Under the pieces are notes generated by a model that saw only the letters and a program-made list of their open reading frames with translations, had not been told where the DNA came from and searched no databases. A stretch of 33,709 bases of DNA from a virus. Location of the stretch: the IMG/VR virus record IMGVR_UViG_3300029523_000016. One strand, given 5' to 3'. The position numbers and the translations under genes were made by a program. This document shows positions 1-7,735 of this stretch, piece after piece (the first letter of the stretch is position 1; the number at the start of each line of letters is the position of its first letter).

Positions 1-113
1 TATTGTGTATTTCTTTTAATTTATTTTTTTCTCTTTCTCTTAATATTTTTCTTTCACTATTTTGGCTCATTTTTATTACCTCCATTATATTTTTCTTTGC
101 ATTCTTTTATAAA
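1..113. repeat. Terminal direct repeat, copy 1 (identical to 33597-33709)
   Basis: Bases 1-113 match 33597-33709 base for base. This is either an assembly overlap of a circular or circularly permuted genome, or a true terminal redundancy. Unique length is 33,596 bp. Confidence 0.95.
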
Positions 114-629
114 CTTTTTTATTATTCTACTCACTTGGGCTTGTGTAATATTTGTTTTTTTTGATATTTGGATTTGAGTTAATTCTTTATAGCCTAATAA
201 GCCATAAGTAGAACATATTATTAATTTATCTCTTTCACTTAATTTGAATATTTCTTTATAAATTAATTCTAATCTTTCTTTTTTTATAATGTTATCTTCT
301 ATATTTTCTTTTGAAGGAATTATATCTAATAAATATAATTCTTTACCATTATCATTTATTTGTGTATAAATTGATATGTCTTGTATCCCATTTCCTCTTT
401 TTTGCATAGATTGTTTTCTTTTATAAGCAAGTATTTCGTTAGTTATGCAAGATGTTAAATATGTTGATGCTTTATAGCCTTTATCTCCGCTGTAAGTATT
501 AGCACCTTTAACTAATCCTATCATTCCTATGTCATAATATTCATCAAGTTGATTATATAAATTATATTTTTTTAACACCATATATATTAAATTTATATTA
601 TCTAATATTAACTTTTCTTTCGTTAACAT
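57..629 (-). CDS. RNA polymerase sigma factor, sigma-70 family, SigF/SigG-like
   Basis: 190 aa. Region 2-like DIGMIGLVKGANTY...STYLTSCITNEILAYKRK. Region 4 HTH ELTQIQISKKTNITQAQVSRIIKK (compare ISQAQVSRLEK of SigF/G, recalled). The start overlaps the stop of the upstream small ORF. Confidence 0.85.
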   Translation of the reverse strand: MLTKEKLILDNINLIYMVLKKYNLYNQLDEYYDIGMIGLVKGANTYSGDKGYKASTYLTSCITNEILAYKRKQSMQKRGNGIQDISIYTQINDNGKELYLLDIIPSKENIEDNIIKKERLELIYKEIFKLSERDKLIICSTYGLLGYKELTQIQISKKTNITQAQVSRIIKKFIKECKEKYNGGNKNEPK

Positions 630-769
630 TTTAATTCATCTTCTATTTCTCTTATTTGTTTAGCAAAATATTCAGTATAAAATTTATCTTTAAATTGTTT
701 GGCAAGTTTATATCTTTCTAAAAAAGATTGTCTTATTTTCAATAATTCTCTTCTTCTATGTGCTTCCAT
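623..769 (-). CDS. Hypothetical small protein (48 aa), translationally coupled to the sigma gene
   Basis: The ATG at 767-769 shares a base with the upstream stop (TAATG). Its stop overlaps the sigma ATG. Sequence MEAHRRRELLKIRQSFLERYKLAKQF... Below the ORF-track size cutoff. Confidence 0.4.
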   Translation of the reverse strand: MEAHRRRELLKIRQSFLERYKLAKQFKDKFYTEYFAKQIREIEDELKC

Positions 770-1161
770 TATTTCTTACCTTCTTTAACTAAATCATTGT
801 ACTCATCATTAATTACTGCTTTGAAATAATGGTCACAATATGTGCTATCAAATTCATCAGTACAATGTTCTATAAATAAATCTTTATACTTCTCTTCCCA
901 TTCTTTAGCACCACAATCAACATAATTGCTGTATTCATCATCATAACCTCTACCACAATCACCACATCTCGTATGAAAATAGATTACATCTTGTCCAACA
1001 AATGAATTATATAAAGATATTTGTTCATCACTATCATCTTCATATTTTTCAACTAATCTCATAAGTTCATATCCCCTGCAACGAGGTATTTCACCATAGT
1101 TTTTTTCAATATAATTACTTAACTTTCCATCATAAGTATTTTCAAATGCTTTTAAATCCAT
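769..1161 (-). CDS. Hypothetical Cys/His-rich protein (130 aa)
   Basis: The track ORF is 769..1212. I prefer the ATG at 1161 (MDLKAFENTY), which overlaps the stop of the upstream 57-aa ORF (TAATG) and has a GGAAG-type RBS. Contains HTRCGDCGRGYDDEYSNYVDCG...HCTDEFDSTYCDHY. Confidence 0.6.
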   Translation of the reverse strand: MDLKAFENTYDGKLSNYIEKNYGEIPRCRGYELMRLVEKYEDDSDEQISLYNSFVGQDVIYFHTRCGDCGRGYDDEYSNYVDCGAKEWEEKYKDLFIEHCTDEFDSTYCDHYFKAVINDEYNDLVKEGKK

Positions 1162-1334
1162 TATCTTCTTCTTCCTTTCATTTTTTCTTCTTGATATATC
1201 TCTAGTACCCACTTCAAATTAAGTAAGGCACTTTTTGTTGTTTCACTTGCTGGTAAACTAAGTAAATAATTTATTTTTAATTCTATCTTTTCTTCAAAGG
1301 ATAGTCCCTCATAATTTATATTTATATCTTTCAT
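1161..1334 (-). CDS. Hypothetical small protein (57 aa)
   Basis: The ATG at 1332-1334 forms an ATGA overlap with the upstream stop, and its own stop overlaps the next ATG. Sequence MKDININYEGLSFEEKIELKINYLLSLPASETTKSALLNLKW... Confidence 0.45.
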   Translation of the reverse strand: MKDININYEGLSFEEKIELKINYLLSLPASETTKSALLNLKWVLEIYQEEKMKGRRR

Positions 1335-1657
1335 AATTCCTCCACTTCGACAATTAAATCGGCTTCCATTAATTCTTTTACTTTTTGTTTAAAAGCAATA
1401 TAAGAATTTTTAATATTTTCAATATCTAACTCTAGTTGTTCTAAATCATTGCACCACACACCCGTATTTTCTAAATTGAAACATAAAGTTCTACATAACC
1501 AACTATCTTTATAATTGTCATTATCTATTTTAATTGCAGAAAAGTATCTGGTGCTCGGACTATTATTAATCGGATAATAAACATATCCCCAGTGTTCATT
1601 TTTAAATCCATACTTTTCCAACTCTTTCAAATCAACATCTTCTCTTATTTTAAGCAT
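1331..1657 (-). CDS. Hypothetical protein (108 aa)
   Basis: Track ORF in a tightly packed operon. The N-terminus MLKIREDVDLKELE recurs in the mini-ORF at 4641-4703. Confidence 0.6.
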   Translation of the reverse strand: MLKIREDVDLKELEKYGFKNEHWGYVYYPINNSPSTRYFSAIKIDNDNYKDSWLCRTLCFNLENTGVWCNDLEQLELDIENIKNSYIAFKQKVKELMEADLIVEVEEL

Positions 1658-1661
1658 AATA

Positions 1662-2372
1662 TCATTCCTTTCTAATAGTATTGTTTATTCTTTCTTTTGC
1701 AATATTGAAATAATTTTCATCTAGTTCTATTCCTATAAAATTTCTATTTAATTCTTTACATGCAATGCCTGTAGTGCCAGAGCCCATAAAGCAATCTAAA
1801 ACAGTGTCATTTTTATTAGAAGATAAAAGTATTATTCTTTCTAACAATTCAATAGGTTTTTGTGCTTCATGGATTTTATTTTTTGGTGTATCGTAAGAAA
1901 ATATTTTTTGATATAGTTCACTTTTGGCTTTACCTTCATCATTCAAGATACATTTTAATGAACAACCATTGCCATAAATTCTTATAATATATTCAACATT
2001 AGAAGCATAAAATTTCGTGCTTATCATTCTATTAGTATTTTTGTACCAAAATAATACATCATATTGTAATTTATTTTTTAAAGCCCAATTAAGATAATAT
2101 GGTATTTGTAATTTGCTACAAAAAACATACATATTAATCTTTTTCATTTTCTTTTTTACATTATCTAAATATGTATAAATTTGTTGTTCTCCAAAATCAC
2201 TCATATTATTTACAACATTGCTATTAACATTCCGACAACCTACATTTAATCTTTTACTTTTACAACCACCTTTTATATGTAAATATGGTGGGTCTGTAAT
2301 TAACAAATCTATGCTACTATCGGGTATATCTTTCATTAATTCTAAACAATCGCCTTGCCTTAAATCTATCAT
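1662..2372 (-). CDS. DNA methyltransferase, N6-adenine/N4-cytosine type (beta-class motif order)
   Basis: 236 aa. DPPY catalytic motif (LLITDPPYLH) near the N-terminus and an AdoMet-binding motif DCFMGSGTTGIAC near the C-terminus. No adjacent restriction endonuclease. Confidence 0.85.
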   Translation of the reverse strand: MIDLRQGDCLELMKDIPDSSIDLLITDPPYLHIKGGCKSKRLNVGCRNVNSNVVNNMSDFGEQQIYTYLDNVKKKMKKINMYVFCSKLQIPYYLNWALKNKLQYDVLFWYKNTNRMISTKFYASNVEYIIRIYGNGCSLKCILNDEGKAKSELYQKIFSYDTPKNKIHEAQKPIELLERIILLSSNKNDTVLDCFMGSGTTGIACKELNRNFIGIELDENYFNIAKERINNTIRKE

Positions 2373-2566
2373 TATTTATCATCTCCTATTATTTCTATTG
2401 CATTCCATTGTAAATCTTCATAATAATTTACGCCTATTTTTTCTAGTTTTTGCAATGCTTCATTTTTATCTTTAGCAATTATTTCAACTTTTCTCTTATT
2501 CGTTTCATAATCATGATAGTATCCATATTCATTAGTTTCTATAAAAGTAAAAATAAACTTATACAT
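2372..2566 (-). CDS. Hypothetical protein (64 aa)
   Basis: Track ORF with start and stop overlapping its neighbours. Confidence 0.5.
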   Translation of the reverse strand: MYKFIFTFIETNEYGYYHDYETNKRKVEIIAKDKNEALQKLEKIGVNYYEDLQWNAIEIIGDDK

Positions 2567-3023
2567 CTTTACCTCCTATTATTTCTTTATATTTATTTAA
2601 AATACCACAACAAGCACCACTATTTATTGGGTCTCCTATCATATCGAATTGTTTTTCTTTTTCTTTTAAATATCTTATAAACTCTTTTTGTTGCATTGTG
2701 TTTTCATAATCCCATTTATCTAATTTATCTTTAGTTGCTTGTAATTTATTTATGTAATCTTCTTTATCTTCAAGTTGTTTCTTTAATTGCCTTAATTTTT
2801 CGCAATTACTAGGGCATTCAATATCACGTTCTGTCATTTCTTGTATAGTTAAGCTTGCTTCGTGTAGTTGTTTATTTTCTTGTTGTAAATCTTCTATGAA
2901 TTTTAATAATATATATATTTCAGCATAAGTAATATCGCTGTCTCCTATAAATTCATAAGAACCACTTTTTACTAATGAATTATTTTGTAAGATTTTAATA
3001 GTTTCTTTTACTTCTTTATTCAT
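2559..3023 (-). CDS. Hypothetical coiled-coil protein, paralogue A (CPSNCEKL family)
   Basis: 154 aa. QQENKQLHEASLTIQEMTERDIECPSNCEKLRQLKKQLE aligns with the 3717..4145 product. Confidence 0.6.
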   Translation of the reverse strand: MNKEVKETIKILQNNSLVKSGSYEFIGDSDITYAEIYILLKFIEDLQQENKQLHEASLTIQEMTERDIECPSNCEKLRQLKKQLEDKEDYINKLQATKDKLDKWDYENTMQQKEFIRYLKEKEKQFDMIGDPINSGACCGILNKYKEIIGGKDV

Positions 3024-3205
3024 TCTGACACCTCTTTATCTTTTAATATTTGTAATAAATCATTTAATCTATCAGCAACTGCTCTAATTTCTATATTATT
3101 TCTGTGAACTATACTATTTTTAGTAGCAAGATACAACAAATCTCCATTTTCAATAAAATCTATCGTATATTTACCAATATCGTAAGTATATTCTTTATCA
3201 TTCAT
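3020..3205 (-). CDS. Hypothetical protein (61 aa)
   Basis: Track ORF with an ATGA overlap to the downstream gene. Confidence 0.5.
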   Translation of the reverse strand: MNDKEYTYDIGKYTIDFIENGDLLYLATKNSIVHRNNIEIRAVADRLNDLLQILKDKEVSE

Positions 3206-3733
3206 TTACTCATCACTATCTCCTTCTATTATTTCTATTTTTTGATATTGTTCTAATAATTCTTTTATTTTCACTTCTTGCTCTAACAAACCTTTTTTTA
3301 CTTCTTCTATGTTTGAAAAATCTTCTCTTAATCTATTCAATCTTTTATCTAAAACATCAAAATCTTCTTCATAGTTTGCTATAATGTATCTAACATCATA
3401 ATAATATTCCCCATTTACTTTTATAAAATAATCCCACTTTTTTTCTCTTTTGTATCTAATTTCAATTCCTTTATTCCAAGAATTTTTTGGTTCATTACTA
3501 TAATCTTCAAAAAACATTTCTTCTGTAACTAAAACATACTCGTGTTTCCAATTATCCCCAACTTTTTTAAATATTAATTTATTCTTAATATATTTTAATG
3601 TTTCTTCAACTATTTCCAATTCACTATTTATTTTACGTTCTGTTTCTTTTTTCTCTTCTTCTAATTTTTTATTAACATTTTCATATGCCATTTCTTTTAT
3701 TTTTGATATTATTTCTTTATTCATCATTATCAC
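3206..3733 (-). CDS. Hypothetical protein (175 aa), charged and coiled-coil rich
   Basis: Track ORF. It ends ...GDSDE, and the next ATG follows immediately. Confidence 0.6.
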   Translation of the reverse strand: MIMMNKEIISKIKEMAYENVNKKLEEEKKETERKINSELEIVEETLKYIKNKLIFKKVGDNWKHEYVLVTEEMFFEDYSNEPKNSWNKGIEIRYKREKKWDYFIKVNGEYYYDVRYIIANYEEDFDVLDKRLNRLREDFSNIEEVKKGLLEQEVKIKELLEQYQKIEIIEGDSDE

Positions 3734-4145
3734 TTCCTTGTTCTAATTCTTGCATTTTATCTAGAACTTTTTTAAAGATGATTTTACTATTTGCTTCTCC
3801 GCCAAACTTTATAAAACCTAATTTAGACCATTCTTTTTCTTGTTCGTGCCAATAATTTATATCATTTATCAAATCTTCTTTTAACTTATTCCAATTATCT
3901 TTTAGTTGTTTATTTTCTTGCTGTAATTTTTCTAATTTTTCACAATTGCTAGGACACCATATATCTTCTTCTATCAGTTCTTGTATTCGTATGCTGGCAT
4001 CATGTAATTGTTGTTCTAAAAACTCATTATCATTTAATATGAACTCTATTGCTTCAATTTCTTGTTTATTTATTATTGTTGCATTATGTGTTTTGTAATG
4101 CCTTATTAAATAGGCAAATGTTCTTAATGCTAATTCTTTATTCAT
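3717..4145 (-). CDS. Hypothetical coiled-coil protein, paralogue B (CPSNCEKL family)
   Basis: 142 aa. EQQLHDASIRIQELIEEDIWCPSNCEKLEKLQQENKQLKD aligns with the 2559..3023 product. Confidence 0.6.
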   Translation of the reverse strand: MNKELALRTFAYLIRHYKTHNATIINKQEIEAIEFILNDNEFLEQQLHDASIRIQELIEEDIWCPSNCEKLEKLQQENKQLKDNWNKLKEDLINDINYWHEQEKEWSKLGFIKFGGEANSKIIFKKVLDKMQELEQGSDNDE

Positions 4146-4150
4146 TGTTC

Positions 4151-4237
4151 TTATTTCTCCTTTATCATCATAATTAATCCAATAATTGCTCCTATACCAA
4201 TTAACCCCCAGAATATTAATGGTATGTATAAAATCAT
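4151..4237 (-). CDS. Small hydrophobic peptide (28 aa, single TM)
   Basis: MILYIPLIFWGLIGIGAIIGLIMMIKEK. Strong RBS (AAGGAGGATTAAATG). The ATG abuts the upstream stop. Below the track cutoff. Confidence 0.45.
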   Translation of the reverse strand: MILYIPLIFWGLIGIGAIIGLIMMIKEK

Positions 4238-4477
4238 TTAATCCTCCTTATTCCAACCTAGTTCTTCTATTTGTTTGTTGATGGCTTGTAGCAAGTCCAT
4301 ATTAATGTATCTATCACTATATACTTGTTTTTCAAAAAAAGTTACTTTGTTTTCCCAATCATAACCACATAAATTTTCTTTATCTTCATTAGAGACAAAC
4401 TTATAATAAACAATTCCAATGCCTTTTTCTTTTTTAAATTCATATCCTAACTTTTCAAACATCTCTTTAGCACTCAT
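4238..4477 (-). CDS. Hypothetical protein (79 aa)
   Basis: Track ORF, contiguous with its neighbours. Confidence 0.55.
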   Translation of the reverse strand: MSAKEMFEKLGYEFKKEKGIGIVYYKFVSNEDKENLCGYDWENKVTFFEKQVYSDRYINMDLLQAINKQIEELGWNKED

Positions 4478-4648
4478 TTATTCTCCCTCTACTTTCTTAC
4501 AATATTCATTATCTAACAATATTCTTACACACTCTAATTTATCTTGTTGTATTCTTTCTAATTTCGCTTTTGTTTGTTTTTCTTCTATAAGTAATCTTTT
4601 TATTTGTTTCATACATTGTTCAAATGCCTTATTTTCTTTATCATTCAT
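4478..4648 (-). CDS. Hypothetical small protein (56 aa)
   Basis: MNDKENKAFEQCMKQIKRLLIEEKQTKAKLERIQQDKLECVRILLDNEYCKKVEGE. GAGGTG RBS 7 nt upstream. Its stop abuts the next ATG. Below the track cutoff. Confidence 0.45.
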   Translation of the reverse strand: MNDKENKAFEQCMKQIKRLLIEEKQTKAKLERIQQDKLECVRILLDNEYCKKVEGE

Positions 4649-4703
4649 TACTTACACCTCTTTCTAATTCTTTTAAATCTACATCATCTCTAATTTTTAA
4701 CAT
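4641..4703 (-). pseudogene. 20-codon mini-ORF, apparently the N-terminal remnant of a paralogue of the 1331..1657 gene
   Basis: MLKIRDDVDLKELERGVSNE versus MLKIREDVDLKELEKYGFKNE... Five of the 6 nucleotide differences in the first 14 codons are synonymous. It has its own RBS and overlaps both neighbours. Confidence 0.3.
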
Positions 4704-4876
4704 TATCTTTTTCCTTTCTTATCTTCATATTCTATAGGTATTCCATAAATTGTTTCTACTACCTCAATAAAATCATCTTCAATTATTATTTTTGTATGTG
4801 GATGATGATTATTTTTTATATATTCAATTAATGGCTGCGCCAATTCTTTTATTTTTTCTATTTTTTTATCTTTCAT
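4703..4876 (-). CDS. Hypothetical small protein (57 aa)
   Basis: MKDKKIEKIKELAQPLIEYIKNNHHPHTKIIIEDDFIEVVETIYGIPIEYEDKKGKR. Strong RBS (AAGGAGGAAAAACAATG). Below the track cutoff. Confidence 0.45.
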   Translation of the reverse strand: MKDKKIEKIKELAQPLIEYIKNNHHPHTKIIIEDDFIEVVETIYGIPIEYEDKKGKR

Positions 4877-4888
4877 TGTTTTTCCTCC

Positions 4889-5122
4889 TTACCACTTATA
4901 ATTCCACATCAAGTAAAACATATAGATACTTGCTATTGTCATTATTAAGAAAAACATAGTTATTAGGAATATACATATATTCTCACATCTTGCTTTTCTT
5001 TTCATTTGTCTATATTGTATTTCTTCTTTAGTTAATCTTTTTTTAGGTATTCTTTTTTTAATTTGTGGAAACTTTTTTTGCATTTTTTTTATTTCCTTTT
5101 CAGTTAATTCATTTGGTTTCAT
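4889..5122 (-). CDS. Small membrane protein (77 aa, C-terminal TM)
   Basis: Basic N-terminal half, then CENICIFLITMFFLIMTIASIYMFYLMW. Confidence 0.55.
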   Translation of the reverse strand: MKPNELTEKEIKKMQKKFPQIKKRIPKKRLTKEEIQYRQMKRKARCENICIFLITMFFLIMTIASIYMFYLMWNYKW

Positions 5123-5628
5123 CTTATCCTCCTAAAATCTTTGCAAGCCTCTGTATTTTTTGTTATTCTTATTTTTCTATATCTACAATAATATGTAGGT
5201 ATTGAATTACCTTTTATTTGCCTTTTTTCTAATAATCTGCAATTTTTACATCTATCTTTTATTTCTTTTTTCTCTTCTGATATTATAATTCTTTCTCTAA
5301 GGCTATTTTTTTTATCATATTTAAGTGTTTTCATTAACTCGGTAATACTTGTTATATTTTCTTTTTTTACTAAATATTCGGCACAATAGGTATGTATTTC
5401 ATTTCTTAATGATGTGTCTTTGCCATTATCTAATGCTTGATGACATTTAATACATAAAAGACAACCATTTTCTTTACATCCTTTGCCACCATGAGACCTT
5501 GATAAGAATATATGTGCTATTTGCAATGCTCCTCTATTTCCACAAAATATACATCTATTATTATCTCTTTTTTTTATATACTTTCTTGTTTCTTTGTCAA
5601 ACTCACAAAACTGGCTTCTAATACTCAT
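5119..5628 (-). CDS. HNH endonuclease
   Basis: 169 aa. CIFCGNRGALQIAHIFLSRSHGGKGCKENGCLLCIKCHQALDNG (CxxC...H...N...CxxCH). Extra Cys pairs in the C-terminal part. Confidence 0.75.
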   Translation of the reverse strand: MSIRSQFCEFDKETRKYIKKRDNNRCIFCGNRGALQIAHIFLSRSHGGKGCKENGCLLCIKCHQALDNGKDTSLRNEIHTYCAEYLVKKENITSITELMKTLKYDKKNSLRERIIISEEKKEIKDRCKNCRLLEKRQIKGNSIPTYYCRYRKIRITKNTEACKDFRRIR

Positions 5629-5825
5629 TATACCCTCTCAAAATAGTCATTTATTTCAGCATTACTATTAATCAATTTTGTCATCGCATAGGCTACTAAT
5701 TTTCTACAATTAAATCTATTATTTATAACGCCATTGATATATTGAAACGATAAACCAATTTCTTTTGCCATTTTTGATTGATTAATTTTGATATTAGTAA
5801 ATAATTCTTTTTTAAATCTATACAT
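5628..5825 (-). CDS. Small helix-turn-helix DNA-binding protein
   Basis: 65 aa. QSKMAKEIGLSFQYINGVINN resembles an XRE-type HTH. Confidence 0.5.
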   Translation of the reverse strand: MYRFKKELFTNIKINQSKMAKEIGLSFQYINGVINNRFNCRKLVAYAMTKLINSNAEINDYFERV

Positions 5826-6048
5826 CTTTTTCTTCCTTTCTTTTTAGAATATACTTTTTAAAACTGCAAAGTTTACCATAAATATTCTTTTTTGTTACCC
5901 ATTCTTCATCAAATTCTATTCCATACTTATGTTTTATGTCGAATATTCTGGCACTTAACCTAGTTATAAATAACTTTGAATAACTTTCATAAGTAGTTAT
6001 GCTTCCATGTTCATTTAGGTATTTAATTATCATTTCATTTTGTGTCAT
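5818..6048 (-). CDS. Small winged-helix/HTH-like protein
   Basis: 76 aa. IIKYLNEHGSITTYESYSKLFITRLSARIFDIKHKYG resembles phage HTH domains that bind via an RLSARI-type helix (recalled). Confidence 0.45.
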   Translation of the reverse strand: MTQNEMIIKYLNEHGSITTYESYSKLFITRLSARIFDIKHKYGIEFDEEWVTKKNIYGKLCSFKKYILKRKEEKDV

Positions 6049-6637
6049 TTTGCCCCTCCAAATATTCTTTTACTAATTTTATTGCCATTTCTTCATTTAC
6101 TGGCAATTTATAGAATTTTCTTTTTTCTTCTCTTAAATGTGTACCACTTACAAATGATAAAGGCATGTGGTATGTTTGTTCATATGCTATCTTATAAAGA
6201 TTTGTCTGATATGCCAAATATTCTTTATCGAATGTTGCTGTTCTTTTAAAGTCATTTACTCCTCTTTCCCCATTTATTTCTATTATCTGGTCTAACCTAC
6301 CTATTGCTACTGGTATATTATCAATAAATAATATAACTGGTATCTCTGAGGCTATTACTTGCCATTTATAATGTTTCTTTAAGAATATATAATTTTGAAG
6401 TTCTCTATTATTAAGGTCATTTATACCATCTTCTTCATAATCTTGAATTGCTTGGTGCATATTTGTACCTTTTTCGCTTGCCAATTCAAGTATTCTTTCA
6501 TCTACCCCTTGATACTTATTTCCGAATTTCTTTTTTAATATTGTTGTTATAGAGGGAAGAATAATTCCATTGCATATATAAAGATGACTATCTTCCCAAT
6601 ATTCTATAACATAATTACCTATAGTCCAAGTTTGCAT
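6035..6637 (-). CDS. PD-(D/E)XK (RecB/Cas4-like) exonuclease
   Basis: 200 aa. GRLDQIIEINGERGVNDFKRT (D...D-x-K) followed by YQTNLYKIAY (QxxxY). It sits next to the ERF annealase. Confidence 0.7.
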   Translation of the reverse strand: MQTWTIGNYVIEYWEDSHLYICNGIILPSITTILKKKFGNKYQGVDERILELASEKGTNMHQAIQDYEEDGINDLNNRELQNYIFLKKHYKWQVIASEIPVILFIDNIPVAIGRLDQIIEINGERGVNDFKRTATFDKEYLAYQTNLYKIAYEQTYHMPLSFVSGTHLREEKRKFYKLPVNEEMAIKLVKEYLEGQNDTK

Positions 6638-6981
6638 TATTTTATCTTGATTAATAATGAACTTTTAACTGGTGTAAACTCTACATAAGTATCATATAAA
6701 TCAGGTAAATCTTTTTTAAAATCTTTTGTTCTAAATGTTTCTTTCTCAGTCGGTGCTTTGTAAGTAATACTAATATTTTCATCTGATATTTTTATAATGC
6801 CTTTATCTTCCATTTCTTTTAATAAAGTTTCTCTTATTGCATCTTCTTTTCTTTTTAATTCTTTTTTTTCTTCATCTATCATTTTTAATTCTGATGTAAT
6901 TATATCTGCTAATTGATAGTTATCTTCTTTTTTTACTATAAAATTATATAAATCTACTTTTTTCACTTCGTTTTCTTGCAT
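6637..6981 (-). CDS. Hypothetical coiled-coil protein (Gp157-like position next to the recombinase)
   Basis: 114 aa. Charged coiled coil immediately downstream of the ERF gene. The call is based on position. Confidence 0.4.
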   Translation of the reverse strand: MQENEVKKVDLYNFIVKKEDNYQLADIITSELKMIDEEKKELKRKEDAIRETLLKEMEDKGIIKISDENISITYKAPTEKETFRTKDFKKDLPDLYDTYVEFTPVKSSLLIKIK

Positions 6982-6986
6982 AATAA

Positions 6987-7661
6987 TTATTCCTCATCTT
7001 TCTTTTTAAATAATTTACTTAATATTTCACTTGCTTTATTAATAGACATATCTTCTAACTTTTCAAGGTTATTTACTTCTAATAATTTTGTTAAGTTTTC
7101 GCCTTGATAATATTTTTGTATAAGTTCCATTTGTTTAGGGCTTATCTTTGCATTGCCAACTTGTTTAGTGGCTTTCTTGTAGCCATTTTCGGGGCTTGCC
7201 TCTTTGTCAGGGTCATCTCCAGTACTTAATTTATATGCTTTCATAAGTGCATATTTATCAGCATATGTCATTGCCTTTCCTGGTGCTTTATCGCCTGTAT
7301 CTAAACCATCTCCATAAACTATTGTCTCAATAAACTCACTAGGATTATCAATATTAACAAATCTATAAGTAGTTTCTATTCTCATAAATAATGTATTAGT
7401 TTTAGTTATGTTTCCATTATATTCACTTTCTTTTATTAAAGTATCTCTATCAATTACTTCTCTTTTTGCTGGATAACTATAAACTCTATACTTCTTTTCT
7501 ATAGGTTTTACTCCATCTAATACATCTCTTTCTGATACTGCTTTATAACTATTTGTTTTGCTTATAGACACAACCAATCCTTTTTCAATAACTCCTATTT
7601 CTTCGGTTATTAATGACATCTTTTCATAGATGTTCATCTTTTTAATCTCTTCTTCTTTCAT
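6987..7661 (-). CDS. erf: ERF-family single-strand annealing protein
   Basis: 224 aa. YGDGLDTGDKAPGKAMTYADKYALMKAYKLSTGDDPD matches the ERF core signature as recalled. Confidence 0.75.
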   Translation of the reverse strand: MKEEEIKKMNIYEKMSLITEEIGVIEKGLVVSISKTNSYKAVSERDVLDGVKPIEKKYRVYSYPAKREVIDRDTLIKESEYNGNITKTNTLFMRIETTYRFVNIDNPSEFIETIVYGDGLDTGDKAPGKAMTYADKYALMKAYKLSTGDDPDKEASPENGYKKATKQVGNAKISPKQMELIQKYYQGENLTKLLEVNNLEKLEDMSINKASEILSKLFKKKDEE

Positions 7662-7691
7662 TTTCTTTGTTCTCCTTTCATTTTCTTCTTA

Positions 7692-7720
7692 ATTATACAC
7701 CTTATTTTAATTTTTGTCAA
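7692..7720 (-). promoter_or_regulatory. Sigma-A-type promoter upstream of the erf module
   Basis: Minus strand reads TTGACA (7720-7715), 17 nt, TATAAT (7697-7692). Lies in the 74-bp gap between the replisome organiser and erf. Confidence 0.6.
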
Positions 7721-7735
7721 CTATGTTTTATATTT

